Translations under genes and position numbers: made by a program
Part shown: one piece after another, positions 19,906 through 29,510 of the stretch
Position numbering within the stretch: the first letter of the stretch is position 1
How the letters are laid out: each line of letters begins with the position of its first letter
The notes under the pieces: generated by a model
The model's input: only the letters and a program-made list of their open reading frames with translations
Databases searched by the model: none
What the model was told of the DNA's origin: nothing
Sequence record: ON075799
Direction: 5' to 3' (one strand)
DNA: 64,000 bases
Origin: Escherichia phage vB_EcoM_TH18

Positions 19906-20436
19906 TTAATCCTCTCTCGGAAAATGATATGAAAGTTGCGCATTGAGGGTTTCCAAATCTTCGAAAACTCCAGTGTCTGTTTCTGCAAAGCAAACATTAA
20001 AAGTTATCAGCACTACAGCCCGAGTTTCATATTTTTGGACATTCAAAGGAACTCTCAACCGAGATATTGTTGAAGAGGAGGAATATGCAAAAGGTGAATT
20101 AGTTGGGAAATACTTATCGTATATAAAAGGTAAGTTCATAGCCTGTAGAATACGACTTAGGGCATTTGGTGCTTTACCACGATAAGCAGTCAATGTATAT
20201 ACAACTTCATAGTTATGGACTGTCATCGCTCGACCATCATCAGTAAATCCATCGTCTGATTGCCAGTCAAGCTGATCTACAGCAGTGAGGTCCACTAGAA
20301 TAAACTCACCATCAACTTTAGGTATTTCATCTTCCCCTGCCAGCACGACTTTCCTACCAGTAACTTCTTTACAAAAAGAACCTATTGTTTTCGTCAAGGC
20401 ATCGAAGATTTCATCTGTACTGATAAAATCAGTCAT
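19906..20436 (-). CDS. Head-tail joining / tail completion protein (176 aa)
   Basis: Block of four small co-directional ORFs between head module and sheath. Confidence 0.4.
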   Translation of the reverse strand: MTDFISTDEIFDALTKTIGSFCKEVTGRKVVLAGEDEIPKVDGEFILVDLTAVDQLDWQSDDGFTDDGRAMTVHNYEVVYTLTAYRGKAPNALSRILQAMNLPFIYDKYFPTNSPFAYSSSSTISRLRVPLNVQKYETRAVVLITFNVCFAETDTGVFEDLETLNAQLSYHFPRED

Positions 20437-20870
20437 TAAATACCTCCGTTTGTTCCTTCTGGTATTGCCACCACATAGGCTCTGAACCTAGAGACACCTG
20501 TGGTCTGATACAAATCAGATTTAATAACTGTGAACCACTCCATCTCACCACGAGAGTTCATTAATAGGATCTGATCAGCCATGTTATCAGATCCTTCTAC
20601 TGGGCCTTTTAACATCACAGATGAATACACTGTAAAGGAATCATACTGTCTGCCACCTTCAGGAACTAATTGGGACGTGTAATCCCTAGCTGCTTTACCA
20701 CTAATAGGTTGAACAACACATTCAGGTACATCAAATTCAACATACTCAATATCCAACCCACCATTTTCAAATGGGTTATCTAAGTCTGTCTTTTTGAACT
20801 GTCTGTGTCTACCTTTCATGGTGACTCTGGGTATCAATTTGTTCTTTCCTATAAGTTTGTATCCCGCCAT
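20436..20870 (-). CDS. Head-tail joining protein (144 aa)
   Basis: As above; start overlaps stop of upstream ORF. Confidence 0.4.
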   Translation of the reverse strand: MAGYKLIGKNKLIPRVTMKGRHRQFKKTDLDNPFENGGLDIEYVEFDVPECVVQPISGKAARDYTSQLVPEGGRQYDSFTVYSSVMLKGPVEGSDNMADQILLMNSRGEMEWFTVIKSDLYQTTGVSRFRAYVVAIPEGTNGGI

Positions 20871-20873
20871 AAT

Positions 20874-21350
20874 TTACGCCCCTGAACCTCTTCTGTTCGA
20901 AATTTTATAAGTCGTGGAATCTCTTAAATCCCCATAGTGATACATAGCTGCACTAAAACCTTTGACATCTGCCCATGCATCTGATACAGTATTATGAGGG
21001 AAAAGCCCAGAGTCTATTACAAACTTAATTTTTTCAGCACCTGCTTTACCAATTTTTTTCAGCATTGGGGTTGGATTATTACTTCCAGATACTAACGTGC
21101 CGAATAACTCCTTCTGTAATTTCTCCAAATCCTTTTGAAAGGACACAGCCGCGCTAGTTATGAATGTACGGGCTGGAAGATTATTCCAGCCTTGTTCATG
21201 GATAGCTGCCAGAGTTGCAGTATTCAGTCCTGAATAGTGTGGGTCATCATAATAACCATAAGAGACTTGTTTTTTATCAAGTTGCTGTACAGAATTATAA
21301 AAATTCTCCACAGCACTTAAATCTTGATGAGATTTAAATTTTGTTCTCAT
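20874..21350 (-). CDS. Head-tail joining protein (158 aa)
   Basis: As above. Confidence 0.4.
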   Translation of the reverse strand: MRTKFKSHQDLSAVENFYNSVQQLDKKQVSYGYYDDPHYSGLNTATLAAIHEQGWNNLPARTFITSAAVSFQKDLEKLQKELFGTLVSGSNNPTPMLKKIGKAGAEKIKFVIDSGLFPHNTVSDAWADVKGFSAAMYHYGDLRDSTTYKISNRRGSGA

Positions 21351-21415
21351 GAGAACTCCCGTTAAGGTATTTTACCACATTATTCAAGCAAAATCAATAA
21401 TTAGGAATACGATTG

Positions 21416-21934
21416 TCAATAATACCTGTGTTTTGGGTATCTCCGAGGAATACCGGGGACTCCTGTTTGAGGAACTATACCAGAAACATCAAACGGGCTT
21501 CTGGAGTTTGGATTGTTCTTGACACGCCAAAACTCATCCTGCCGCACACCACCCACAATAATCAAACCAGAGACACCATTCAGACAACTATTGACGTAAT
21601 CAGGGTTTTGCAGTAGCCAGTCCAGAAAATCTTTCCAGTTCTGGTATGACGAGCCACCTTTCACCTGTATTGTCTCATCACCTATCTTTTCCAATCTTTC
21701 TGTGATGGATGCCTCACCAGAATTTATCTCTTGAAGAATTAACCATCTTAACACAGCTACCATTGTGTTATAGACCACTTTCCACATATCGCAGGGCGTA
21801 GATGATGGATTAGGCCAGTTTGCTCTTTTTTTCTCCATCTCAAGGAATGCCATAATAACTTCATCAGGTAATGTCTCTGGGGATATTGACCCGAGCAGGA
21901 GCCTGATGTAATCAACAATTTCTTGGTCTGTCAT
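21416..21934 (-). CDS. Head-tail connector/adaptor candidate (172 aa)
   Basis: As above. Confidence 0.4.
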   Translation of the reverse strand: MTDQEIVDYIRLLLGSISPETLPDEVIMAFLEMEKKRANWPNPSSTPCDMWKVVYNTMVAVLRWLILQEINSGEASITERLEKIGDETIQVKGGSSYQNWKDFLDWLLQNPDYVNSCLNGVSGLIIVGGVRQDEFWRVKNNPNSRSPFDVSGIVPQTGVPGIPRRYPKHRYY

Positions 21935-22006
21935 CTAACTCTCCATTCTATGTTACTTGTTAGTAACTATATTATCACAAAATACAATTTTTGTCATTAA
22001 AAACGC

Positions 22007-22035
22007 TTGACACGAAAAATTCCACAGGTAAGATA
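22007..22035 (+). promoter_or_regulatory. Sigma70-like promoter (TTGACA, 17-nt spacer, AAGATA) for plus-strand moron
   Basis: Consensus -35 hexamer at 22007-22012 with weaker -10, about 25 nt upstream of SD GGAGGA and ATG at 22062. Confidence 0.4.
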
Positions 22036-22061
22036 AGTACAACAATTGCTATGGAGGATTT

Positions 22062-22466
22062 ATGAAAAATATTTTAAAAATTACAATTGGCCTGTGCGTC
22101 TGTGCTGTTATTGCAGCGGGAACTCTCCAATATGTGAAAAAGAACCCAGACATTAATGATTATAAATCTGTCGAGGCAAGTTGGTTGTCGCCAGAAGAAA
22201 AAGATGAGGCAATCAGCCGTATTGTGCAATTATCTTGCGATAAAAGATTCAGAGAAGCATTTAAGCCAGACGTTATTGTTGTGTCATCAGGCTTTGAAGG
22301 CAGGATCGCAGAGCAAGCGGAAGCATATCAATATTTTGATGATGTCGCAATTATCTCAGGAAAACAATCTTACACTGGAAAATACATCTGTACTTTTTAC
22401 AAAGATGGGCGTGAACCGTATATTAATGCAAACTTGAATAAGGGAGTACAAGAACTCCTAAAATAA
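22062..22466 (+). CDS. Secreted or lipoprotein-like protein (134 aa), opposite-strand insert in late module
   Basis: N-terminal signal-peptide-like hydrophobic segment (MKNILKITIGLCVCAVIAAG); own promoter, SD and terminator; only plus-strand gene within about 37 kb of minus-strand genes. Confidence 0.6.
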   Translation: MKNILKITIGLCVCAVIAAGTLQYVKKNPDINDYKSVEASWLSPEEKDEAISRIVQLSCDKRFREAFKPDVIVVSSGFEGRIAEQAEAYQYFDDVAIISGKQSYTGKYICTFYKDGREPYINANLNKGVQELLK

Positions 22467-22492
22467 AAGACCCCGAAGGGTCTTTTTATTAC
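22467..22492. terminator. Bidirectional intrinsic terminator (aagaccccgaagggtcttttt)
   Basis: Perfect GC-rich hairpin flanked by A-run and T-run, between convergent genes. Confidence 0.7.
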
Positions 22493-22746
22493 GACATAAT
22501 ACCAGCGGCTTTCAACTTGGCAAGCAAAGCATTAAAATCACTTACCAACGTAGAGACATCTGAAGCCATAGAATCTGCTTGTGTTTGTGCTTTCTTAACA
22601 CCTCCTAATGCCGATTCCGTAGCCGCTGGAAGAACATAGCTATCTGAGCCTCCAGCAACAATATCTTCGATTTTCACAGATTTTCCAGTTTTTATATCAA
22701 TAAGGCTTGATGCATATACTTTACCAGCCACACCTGTAGTTGCCAT
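22489..22746 (-). CDS. Small fiber-like protein (85 aa) sharing N-terminus with the 416-aa fiber protein
   Basis: N-terminal MATTGVAGKVYASSLIDIKTGK resembles MTATTGVGGLIYGRALVDQKTGK of 25110..26360. Confidence 0.45.
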   Translation of the reverse strand: MATTGVAGKVYASSLIDIKTGKSVKIEDIVAGGSDSYVLPAATESALGGVKKAQTQADSMASDVSTLVSDFNALLAKLKAAGIMS

Positions 22747-22756
22747 AATTATCCCC

Positions 22757-24547
22757 TTAGTTGTTTAGATAAGAATATTGCAAGAAATATTTAAATTCGT
22801 GGACTTGTTCGTCCGCTCCTGCAATAGGAATGATTCCATTAAGTCCTGATAAACCGTCTCCACGAAGAAGTTTAGTTATTACCTTCGTCTTAGGATCAAT
22901 GGTATGCGTAGGGACTGTTGGTAAAATAAGCCATACAGCCACTGTAGGTTGCCCTGATCCGACAACACTTGGATATTCTGCATAGATATCATAATCAAGA
23001 TACGTACCGTCTTCCGTACAAGGTATCTCTGTCAAACGAACATCCACCATAACATCTGTGCTGCCAGCAGGTGATCTGTTCAAATAAACTGTTGTTTTCA
23101 AATATATAGAAGACCCTGATCTTCCTGCTGCGTTTTTCGCTGAAGGTATGTCACTATAATTGAAAGAGAAATTCCCAGATGTTGCTGACAACCTCATAGT
23201 CGGCTGAGGAGAAAATGGGATATTAAAGCTCGCTTGTTGACTTGAATCATCTGTCATTGTAAAAGTTAGTGTAACCTGTTGTGCACTATCTATTTCTTTA
23301 ACAACAGCATTAACAGATTTTATTGTTTGTCCATCAGCACCTTTAGGAATACCTAAGTTAAGAACTTGTGAAGGGGAATCACCAGTTATTGATGCGGTCG
23401 CCTGTTGCCCACTTTGCAAAGAGGAAACTGTGCCGATAGATAGTGAATAGGTGGCAGAACTTCCTCCAAGGTCTACCCAAGAAACAGGGGTACTAGGGTC
23501 TGAGCCTCTAATTGTATACTTAACACTACCATCCGCGCCATAAAACAAGATCAACTTACTTGCCGTTGCTGAAGTTTTATCGTTTTGCCAATTATCTAGC
23601 CATATTATTTCAAATACGCCAGAGTTTGCTGGGGATTGTATATGGGCATAATACCTCCCCGGCATGGTCTGATTGGCAAGAGAAGCGATCTCATCAATGT
23701 TTAGCAACGATAAGGTGACACCATCACTCGCTGCCATACCGTACCCAAAACTTCCCGGTATGGCAGCAACACCAGCCGTGCGATCATGAATATTCGCTTG
23801 TTTGGCAGTTAACAAATCATACCACACTGCTGGGTCACTTAGATTGTTACCACGGATCGTATATTTCATATGACCGTCTTTACCAAAAAAGAGAACCAGC
23901 TTTGTTGCTGTCTGGCTTGTTTTGTCACCCCAGCCATTATCCAGCCAGATAATTTCTGTTATTCCTGTCATTTCCTCCGATTTTGTGGTGAAAGTATAAT
24001 ACCTTCCCGGATGTAAGTTATGGGCAGAACGCGCAACATCACCAAGACTGTTAGCAATAAGTGAAGTTCCTCCAGGATTTGTCATTCCGTAGCCGAAAGC
24101 GCCAGGCAAAGCTGCAACACCAGGTGCAGAATCATAAAGCCATTCTTGCACTTTGGTAGGAGCAACATACAACCCCTCTTCTCCTTCAGAGGTTATATTT
24201 GTTAAAGCGTTTCCTTCTTTAGGAGAAATCGGAATATTTATTTCAGGTGCTGTTACATATAATGCTCCTTGCTTCAACTCCAGCAGGTTATTTGCAGCAG
24301 GACTCACCTTAACAGCTAACCCATTATCTCCAGCTTGGAGAGCATTATTTTCATCTTCTGCCACCACAACAACACCTTTAAGAGGTGTAGCTTCTCCCCC
24401 ATCACCTAATAATTTAAGCGTGAGGGTATCTTCCGTATGCAACTTAAATTTATCTCCGAGTGTACCGCCAGAAGTATCTATACTATAACCGTTAGGTAAG
24501 ATAACTTCAGCATTTACAACTTTATCTTTATAATCCATAACTACCAC
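22757..24547 (-). CDS. Fiber-like protein with internal tandem domain duplication (596 aa)
   Basis: Two consecutive ~90-aa repeats (…PGAFGYGM…PGRYY…EIIWLDN…KYTIRG…); same domain present once in 25110..26360. Confidence 0.5.
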   Translation of the reverse strand: MVVMDYKDKVVNAEVILPNGYSIDTSGGTLGDKFKLHTEDTLTLKLLGDGGEATPLKGVVVVAEDENNALQAGDNGLAVKVSPAANNLLELKQGALYVTAPEINIPISPKEGNALTNITSEGEEGLYVAPTKVQEWLYDSAPGVAALPGAFGYGMTNPGGTSLIANSLGDVARSAHNLHPGRYYTFTTKSEEMTGITEIIWLDNGWGDKTSQTATKLVLFFGKDGHMKYTIRGNNLSDPAVWYDLLTAKQANIHDRTAGVAAIPGSFGYGMAASDGVTLSLLNIDEIASLANQTMPGRYYAHIQSPANSGVFEIIWLDNWQNDKTSATASKLILFYGADGSVKYTIRGSDPSTPVSWVDLGGSSATYSLSIGTVSSLQSGQQATASITGDSPSQVLNLGIPKGADGQTIKSVNAVVKEIDSAQQVTLTFTMTDDSSQQASFNIPFSPQPTMRLSATSGNFSFNYSDIPSAKNAAGRSGSSIYLKTTVYLNRSPAGSTDVMVDVRLTEIPCTEDGTYLDYDIYAEYPSVVGSGQPTVAVWLILPTVPTHTIDPKTKVITKLLRGDGLSGLNGIIPIAGADEQVHEFKYFLQYSYLNN

Positions 24548-25113
24548 CCAACTTTTATCCTTTGTAATTCCTCAACTGTAGAGGCTGAAAGCACTTGGTC
24601 TTTCATTTCTCGTTGCTTAGTGTATATTGAATCATTCTTAGTTGCCAACTCGGAAGACATAGCTACAACAAAATTTTCAAATTCAGAACTACTCATCTCA
24701 ACAGGTTTGTTATCAGCATCTCTCCAAATCACAGCTTGTTTAGCCGGAGATGCTTTTTGTGCTAATAATACTGGATAAATACGACATAAGGTTGCATTAT
24801 CAACATCATACCTTGCACCATTATAAGAAACAATAGTCGTAGAGCTTTCTTCCAGTTTTCTCCACTCTTTTATTTCTGATAACATCTGTTGCTTTAATGC
24901 CTCGATAAATTGAGGGTTTGCTGTATACGGGGCAATCTCTCCAAAACTACCAGATTGTAAGGAATCCCAAACTGCTTTCCCAGTTTCACTATAGTCGTTG
25001 CTAGAAGCGGTGTATGGGAGATAATCAGAAAAACCATTAAAAAGTACCAGACAATCAACGTCACCATTAAGAAGATATTGTGGAGACTTAATATCTTTAA
25101 TATCCAGCATCAT
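24541..25113 (-). CDS. Hypothetical protein (190 aa)
   Basis: ORF overlapping neighbours by a few nt. Confidence 0.4.
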   Translation of the reverse strand: MMLDIKDIKSPQYLLNGDVDCLVLFNGFSDYLPYTASSNDYSETGKAVWDSLQSGSFGEIAPYTANPQFIEALKQQMLSEIKEWRKLEESSTTIVSYNGARYDVDNATLCRIYPVLLAQKASPAKQAVIWRDADNKPVEMSSSEFENFVVAMSSELATKNDSIYTKQREMKDQVLSASTVEELQRIKVGW

Positions 25114-26360
25114 GCGATCCTCATAAAAAGACCAATATAACCTGTATCAGTACCATTTTTATTGCTTGGTGAACCGGATAAGGCTATAAACGTACCTCGC
25201 TGTGTTTCAGTACTGTGTGTAACAGAAACTGGCGTACTTTGAAATGCACCTGTTGTGGAAACCTTACTATAAAGAGTTATACAGCCTATGCGGGAACCTG
25301 GGATGGTCTGACCACGAACAAGTTTTCTGTTTGAATCAGTGTTCGAAGCGCCAAGATACACTCCCAACATCACCCCTCCAACATCAGGACTTCCCCATGT
25401 GTTTCCTACGGTTGATTGTAAATAGGAGAATTGTCCTTTTATATTTACCCAATCACCATCAGCAAAACTGGTTAGTAAGCGATAATAATACAATTCACCA
25501 TTTATGCCATAAAAATAGGCATGTTTACTATTTTTTGCTGCTTGCTCTGCATTCTCTGCTGGATATGGTGACAATACCTCAACCATACCTTTAAAAGTAA
25601 TCCCTTCAATAATACGTGTGTCACCTGAAGATAAATCTTGGTGAACAAGGTAACGACCAGGTTGTGCACTTCTCAACCAAGAAACCCATTCCTCTGGCCC
25701 ATTCTTCTCTTGAAAAACAACTTCTTTCTCGGCAGGGATAAACGCCCCAAAACCAAATGCCCCTGGTAAAGATACTACCCCATCTGTGGCATCATAGATA
25801 TCGTTTTGTACACCTTTTGTGGCAGCGGTTTTTATACCCAAGTAATCAAGAACCCCAGTTTTTGAATCTTGCCCTATGATAACTCGACCAACAGCAGAGA
25901 GATTTGCCAAAGCCATTACGTTTTTATCACTGAAATAAGCTAATTTATTTCCAGCAGTAATCAATCCTGACAAAGATGTCAGTATTTCACTCAACGGTTG
26001 TTTACCAGCAAGAGCGTTAGTGATTGTTGTTGCAAAGTTCGGGTCATCGCCTAATGCCTTCGCTAATTCATTGAGAGTATCTAATGTTTCAGGCGCTGAG
26101 TCAGCCAATTTTGCAATTAAACCCTTCACATATTCTACATTAGCTATTTCCTTTCCAATAGCATCATCCAACGGTGTTGGTGCTTGAGGGTTCCCTGTAA
26201 AGATAGGACTGTCTAAAGGAGCTTTGGATGCAATAAGATCCGTTATATCTTCTGGAATATTCCCACCACCCAACTCATCAAAATTTATTTTCTTTCCTGT
26301 TTTCTGGTCAACCAATGCACGACCATAAATTAAACCACCAACACCTGTTGTTGCTGTCAT
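25110..26360 (-). CDS. Fiber protein with SPIFTGNPQAPTP motif (416 aa)
   Basis: Same motif and identical 41-bp nucleotide stretch as tail fiber gene 2172..3926; shares C-terminal domain with 22757..24547. Confidence 0.55.
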   Translation of the reverse strand: MTATTGVGGLIYGRALVDQKTGKKINFDELGGGNIPEDITDLIASKAPLDSPIFTGNPQAPTPLDDAIGKEIANVEYVKGLIAKLADSAPETLDTLNELAKALGDDPNFATTITNALAGKQPLSEILTSLSGLITAGNKLAYFSDKNVMALANLSAVGRVIIGQDSKTGVLDYLGIKTAATKGVQNDIYDATDGVVSLPGAFGFGAFIPAEKEVVFQEKNGPEEWVSWLRSAQPGRYLVHQDLSSGDTRIIEGITFKGMVEVLSPYPAENAEQAAKNSKHAYFYGINGELYYYRLLTSFADGDWVNIKGQFSYLQSTVGNTWGSPDVGGVMLGVYLGASNTDSNRKLVRGQTIPGSRIGCITLYSKVSTTGAFQSTPVSVTHSTETQRGTFIALSGSPSNKNGTDTGYIGLFMRIA

Positions 26361-26389
26361 TGCTTAACTCCTTGAAAAAAAAAAACATT

Positions 26390-26899
26390 TTATGATGCTT
26401 CTAATTCAGATTTAAGATCAGCAATCATCTTTTCAAAGGATTTGTTTTTAGTTAGTGTAACACCTTTAGAAAGTGCAAACTCAACTAATCTATCTTTACT
26501 ACCTTTTTTATCAGCTTCATCATTCAGAGACATTGCTTCCTCTAAAATCAGATCAATAGATAGATTTTCTTTATCAGCCTTTTTATCTTGCACTTCTACA
26601 ATCTTGGCATCAACTACCTTACCCAAGTTTTTCGGACTAGGGATATCTTTGTTGAAGAACACGATATAAGATCCCATACGAATAGTAGAGTGCTGTGCAT
26701 CAACATCTAAACCAGACAGCTCTGCAAGAGCAGTGAAAAACTCAACAGTGTTTCTGAATGCTTTGTGTTGTGTTCCCACACATAAACCGTTCAAAGGTAG
26801 TCTTGCTGAGACCGCTGCATTTAATTGCGGGGCGTATGCACCAAAAAACTTAAATAATTCCACCTTATTAGGGAAAATACGATAATTTTGATTCGCCAT
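26390..26899 (-). CDS. Hypothetical protein (169 aa)
   Basis: ORF downstream of major capsid gene. Confidence 0.4.
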   Translation of the reverse strand: MANQNYRIFPNKVELFKFFGAYAPQLNAAVSARLPLNGLCVGTQHKAFRNTVEFFTALAELSGLDVDAQHSTIRMGSYIVFFNKDIPSPKNLGKVVDAKIVEVQDKKADKENLSIDLILEEAMSLNDEADKKGSKDRLVEFALSKGVTLTKNKSFEKMIADLKSELEAS

Positions 26900-27030
26900 A
26901 AAATCTCCTTTTATTCCTTAGTAAAAACCACTTCACACCACAGGATAAGCGGCTATTATTAAGGCCGGAATGTGAAAAAAGGGGAGGTGATAATTCACCT
27001 CCCCTCATTAGAGGTAGCATTTAAGCTATC

Positions 27031-28044
27031 TTATTCGAAAGTACCAGTAGAACGTACAACCAGTTCAGGACGGGTGTTAACCGTCAAGAAGGAAGTTTCA
27101 GATTCAACTTTCTCTTCACGCAGATATGCAGAAGATTTGTACCACAGATACAGTTCTTCAGCTACAGTGTTTGCTTCACGAGCATCATCTGCCGGAGCAT
27201 AATGGATCTGGAACATATCATCAATACCTTGCGGCAGGATGTATGCTTCACCATCTGGGATATATCCAGAGATGTCTTCAATGTAGGTTACGTTCTTGTG
27301 AACAAACATACGGTTGTTGGCATTCTCAGAACCCATACCCAGACGACGACGCAGCGGCTCTTGGGTAGAAGAATAATACTGGTATGCATTCATGATCAGC
27401 GGATGGGCGATCAGAGCAGAGAACCATTTACGAGAAGCCAGAACAATGATATTGTAGTTATTACCGTTATCACCTGCATTGTCGATGATGTATGCGCGAG
27501 CGTCTTTCTCAATCAGGTCAGACGGGTCAACCGCAACATCTGTGAAGTTGATATTGGCAGTGTGCTGGGTAACTCCCCACTCAGTAAAGTAGTTGTACTG
27601 TGCGGTAGGATCTTGTGGAGACCATGATTTACCCATGATTGCCTGAACCATTGCTTTTTCTTTCAGTTGTTCATGAGAAACGCGAATACGCTTAACTACG
27701 CGAGCAACTACGTCTTCAACAGTTCTAGGAGCGTCCGTAGTGAAGTATTTACGGAAGTTCTGAACATCTGCCGCAGTGATCTGACGATCCAGAGGGAAGA
27801 ACGGAATGTTGAAGTTCTTGATTTGGGCTTTTTCACTACCAACATAGTTACGTTCTCCACCACGACGACGTGCAGGAATATCCGCAACAATTTCGTCAAC
27901 ACGCTCAACACGAGCAATTGTGGTTTCACCATGATAAGCGGTGAACAGATCCATGTTGGTAATCAGGCGATACTGACGTGGAACAAGTTCCAGTGCTGCG
28001 CCAAGGTTTACGATTTGAAAGTCGTTAGTCTGTACTGCTGCCAT
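27031..28044 (-). CDS. Major capsid protein (337 aa)
   Basis: Position after scaffold and decoration genes; markedly different high-expression codon usage. Confidence 0.7.
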   Translation of the reverse strand: MAAVQTNDFQIVNLGAALELVPRQYRLITNMDLFTAYHGETTIARVERVDEIVADIPARRRGGERNYVGSEKAQIKNFNIPFFPLDRQITAADVQNFRKYFTTDAPRTVEDVVARVVKRIRVSHEQLKEKAMVQAIMGKSWSPQDPTAQYNYFTEWGVTQHTANINFTDVAVDPSDLIEKDARAYIIDNAGDNGNNYNIIVLASRKWFSALIAHPLIMNAYQYYSSTQEPLRRRLGMGSENANNRMFVHKNVTYIEDISGYIPDGEAYILPQGIDDMFQIHYAPADDAREANTVAEELYLWYKSSAYLREEKVESETSFLTVNTRPELVVRSTGTFE

Positions 28045-28067
28045 TTATAAATTCTCCTTGATGCAAA

Positions 28068-28490
28068 TTAGCTGATAGCCGTTACTTTAATATCTTCAGA
28101 ACCATCGTAATATTTATCGGTGATTTTCAGACCTCTTGCCTCAAGAGCTTTAATAGCAGTCTCGTCAATTCCAGTAGAACCATCAGAGAACACAATCTTG
28201 GACTTATTCAGAGTAAGGCCACGAACAGCAACAACAAAATTATATTTAGTTCCTACTTGGAACGGGGTAACAGGTTCGTATGCAGGTACAAGGTCATGGT
28301 CAACCAGAACACCATAAGCCTGAGCAGCATCACCAGATGCAGCCAGAGTACCGTCTTCTTTAACGATCATACCAGCTTTCATACCTGCTGCGTACTGAAT
28401 CTCCATTTCCTTGAAGCTATAGCCTTGGTCAGAAGAATCAACTTTACCCAGTACAATGTCAGAGTAGAAACCTTGAATTGGATTAGCCAT
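28068..28490 (-). CDS. Head decoration / minor capsid protein candidate (140 aa)
   Basis: Position between scaffold and capsid; high-expression codon usage. Confidence 0.45.
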   Translation of the reverse strand: MANPIQGFYSDIVLGKVDSSDQGYSFKEMEIQYAAGMKAGMIVKEDGTLAASGDAAQAYGVLVDHDLVPAYEPVTPFQVGTKYNFVVAVRGLTLNKSKIVFSDGSTGIDETAIKALEARGLKITDKYYDGSEDIKVTAIS

Positions 28491-28508
28491 TTATTTAATC
28501 TCCTCGAA

Positions 28509-29510
28509 TTACGCGTTCATTGCAGCCGCTTCGCGTGCACGGGCGCGAGCTTTTTCTACGTTGGCTTTCAGAATATCTTCAGCAGACTTATTAATATCGT
28601 CTGTAGTAGCTTCAGCACCGGAACCATGTTCAGCAGTAGCAAATTCTTTTTTCACAGTTTCAACTTCTTCTTCAAGCTCTTTAATACGAGCTTGTGCTTT
28701 TTCCAGAATAGCCACCATGGGTGCATTAGCTTTCTCGATAATGAAATTAGCCAGTGCTTCATGATCAGAGTCAGCAGCGAAAGTGAAAGTTTTTGCTTTA
28801 TTCAGAGCTTCTTTCTTTTCCACTTCAACAGCAGCTTTGATAATTTCATCAGCTTTAGCAGCTTTGGCTTCAGCTTCTTCTAATTTTTTAACCAGATCCA
28901 GATATTCCTGAGATTTGGTCACATCAACATTATTAGACACTGAGGTCTCCTCTTTTTTCTTGGATTTATCAACTACAGGATTTGAACCTGCTTCTTTGAC
29001 GACCCCAGTCACCTGGAGATCTTTATCATCACCCTCTACGAAAGTGATTCCTAATTCTGCAACACCTTTTTCAAACAATTGTTGTAATTTTAACAACTCA
29101 TATTGCTTAGCGAGATCTAATTCTTTACCTTCGTGAGCAGCTTTAGCAATTGTTATTGCTTGCACGCGTTCTTCAAGAAATTCTTGATGTTGTGCATTCC
29201 ACGCCACAATAAATTCATCATCAGGGTTTTGCGCCGCATCGTATTCAAGTTCAGTTTCAAAACCAAGAAGTTTTGCCAGCAGTTCTGCATCATCATGCCA
29301 CATGTAGAAGAATCTACGCAGAAATTCTTCAAAGCTCATGGTAACAGTTACTTGCTGTAGGGCTTTGATAACGTCTTTAGTAAGCTGCTCTGGTTTAAGA
29401 TCAGACTTCATAAGAAGTGACACTGGTCTTAAATTAGCAGAATACCCTTGAAGCTCATGACACAGTGCAATACCCTTCTCCTTAATGGCTTTGGCCTTTA
29501 CAATTGTCAT
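28509..29510 (-). CDS. Scaffolding protein (333 aa)
   Basis: Highly charged Ala/Glu/Lys-rich helical sequence; upstream of capsid gene. Confidence 0.6.
   Translation of the reverse strand: MTIVKAKAIKEKGIALCHELQGYSANLRPVSLLMKSDLKPEQLTKDVIKALQQVTVTMSFEEFLRRFFYMWHDDAELLAKLLGFETELEYDAAQNPDDEFIVAWNAQHQEFLEERVQAITIAKAAHEGKELDLAKQYELLKLQQLFEKGVAELGITFVEGDDKDLQVTGVVKEAGSNPVVDKSKKKEETSVSNNVDVTKSQEYLDLVKKLEEAEAKAAKADEIIKAAVEVEKKEALNKAKTFTFAADSDHEALANFIIEKANAPMVAILEKAQARIKELEEEVETVKKEFATAEHGSGAEATTDDINKSAEDILKANVEKARARAREAAAMNA

Noticed and set aside
28257-28883. Plus-strand ORF (208 aa) antisense to decoration/scaffold genes
   Set aside because: Phe/Ser-rich low-complexity product from antisense frame of highly expressed genes; no start context.
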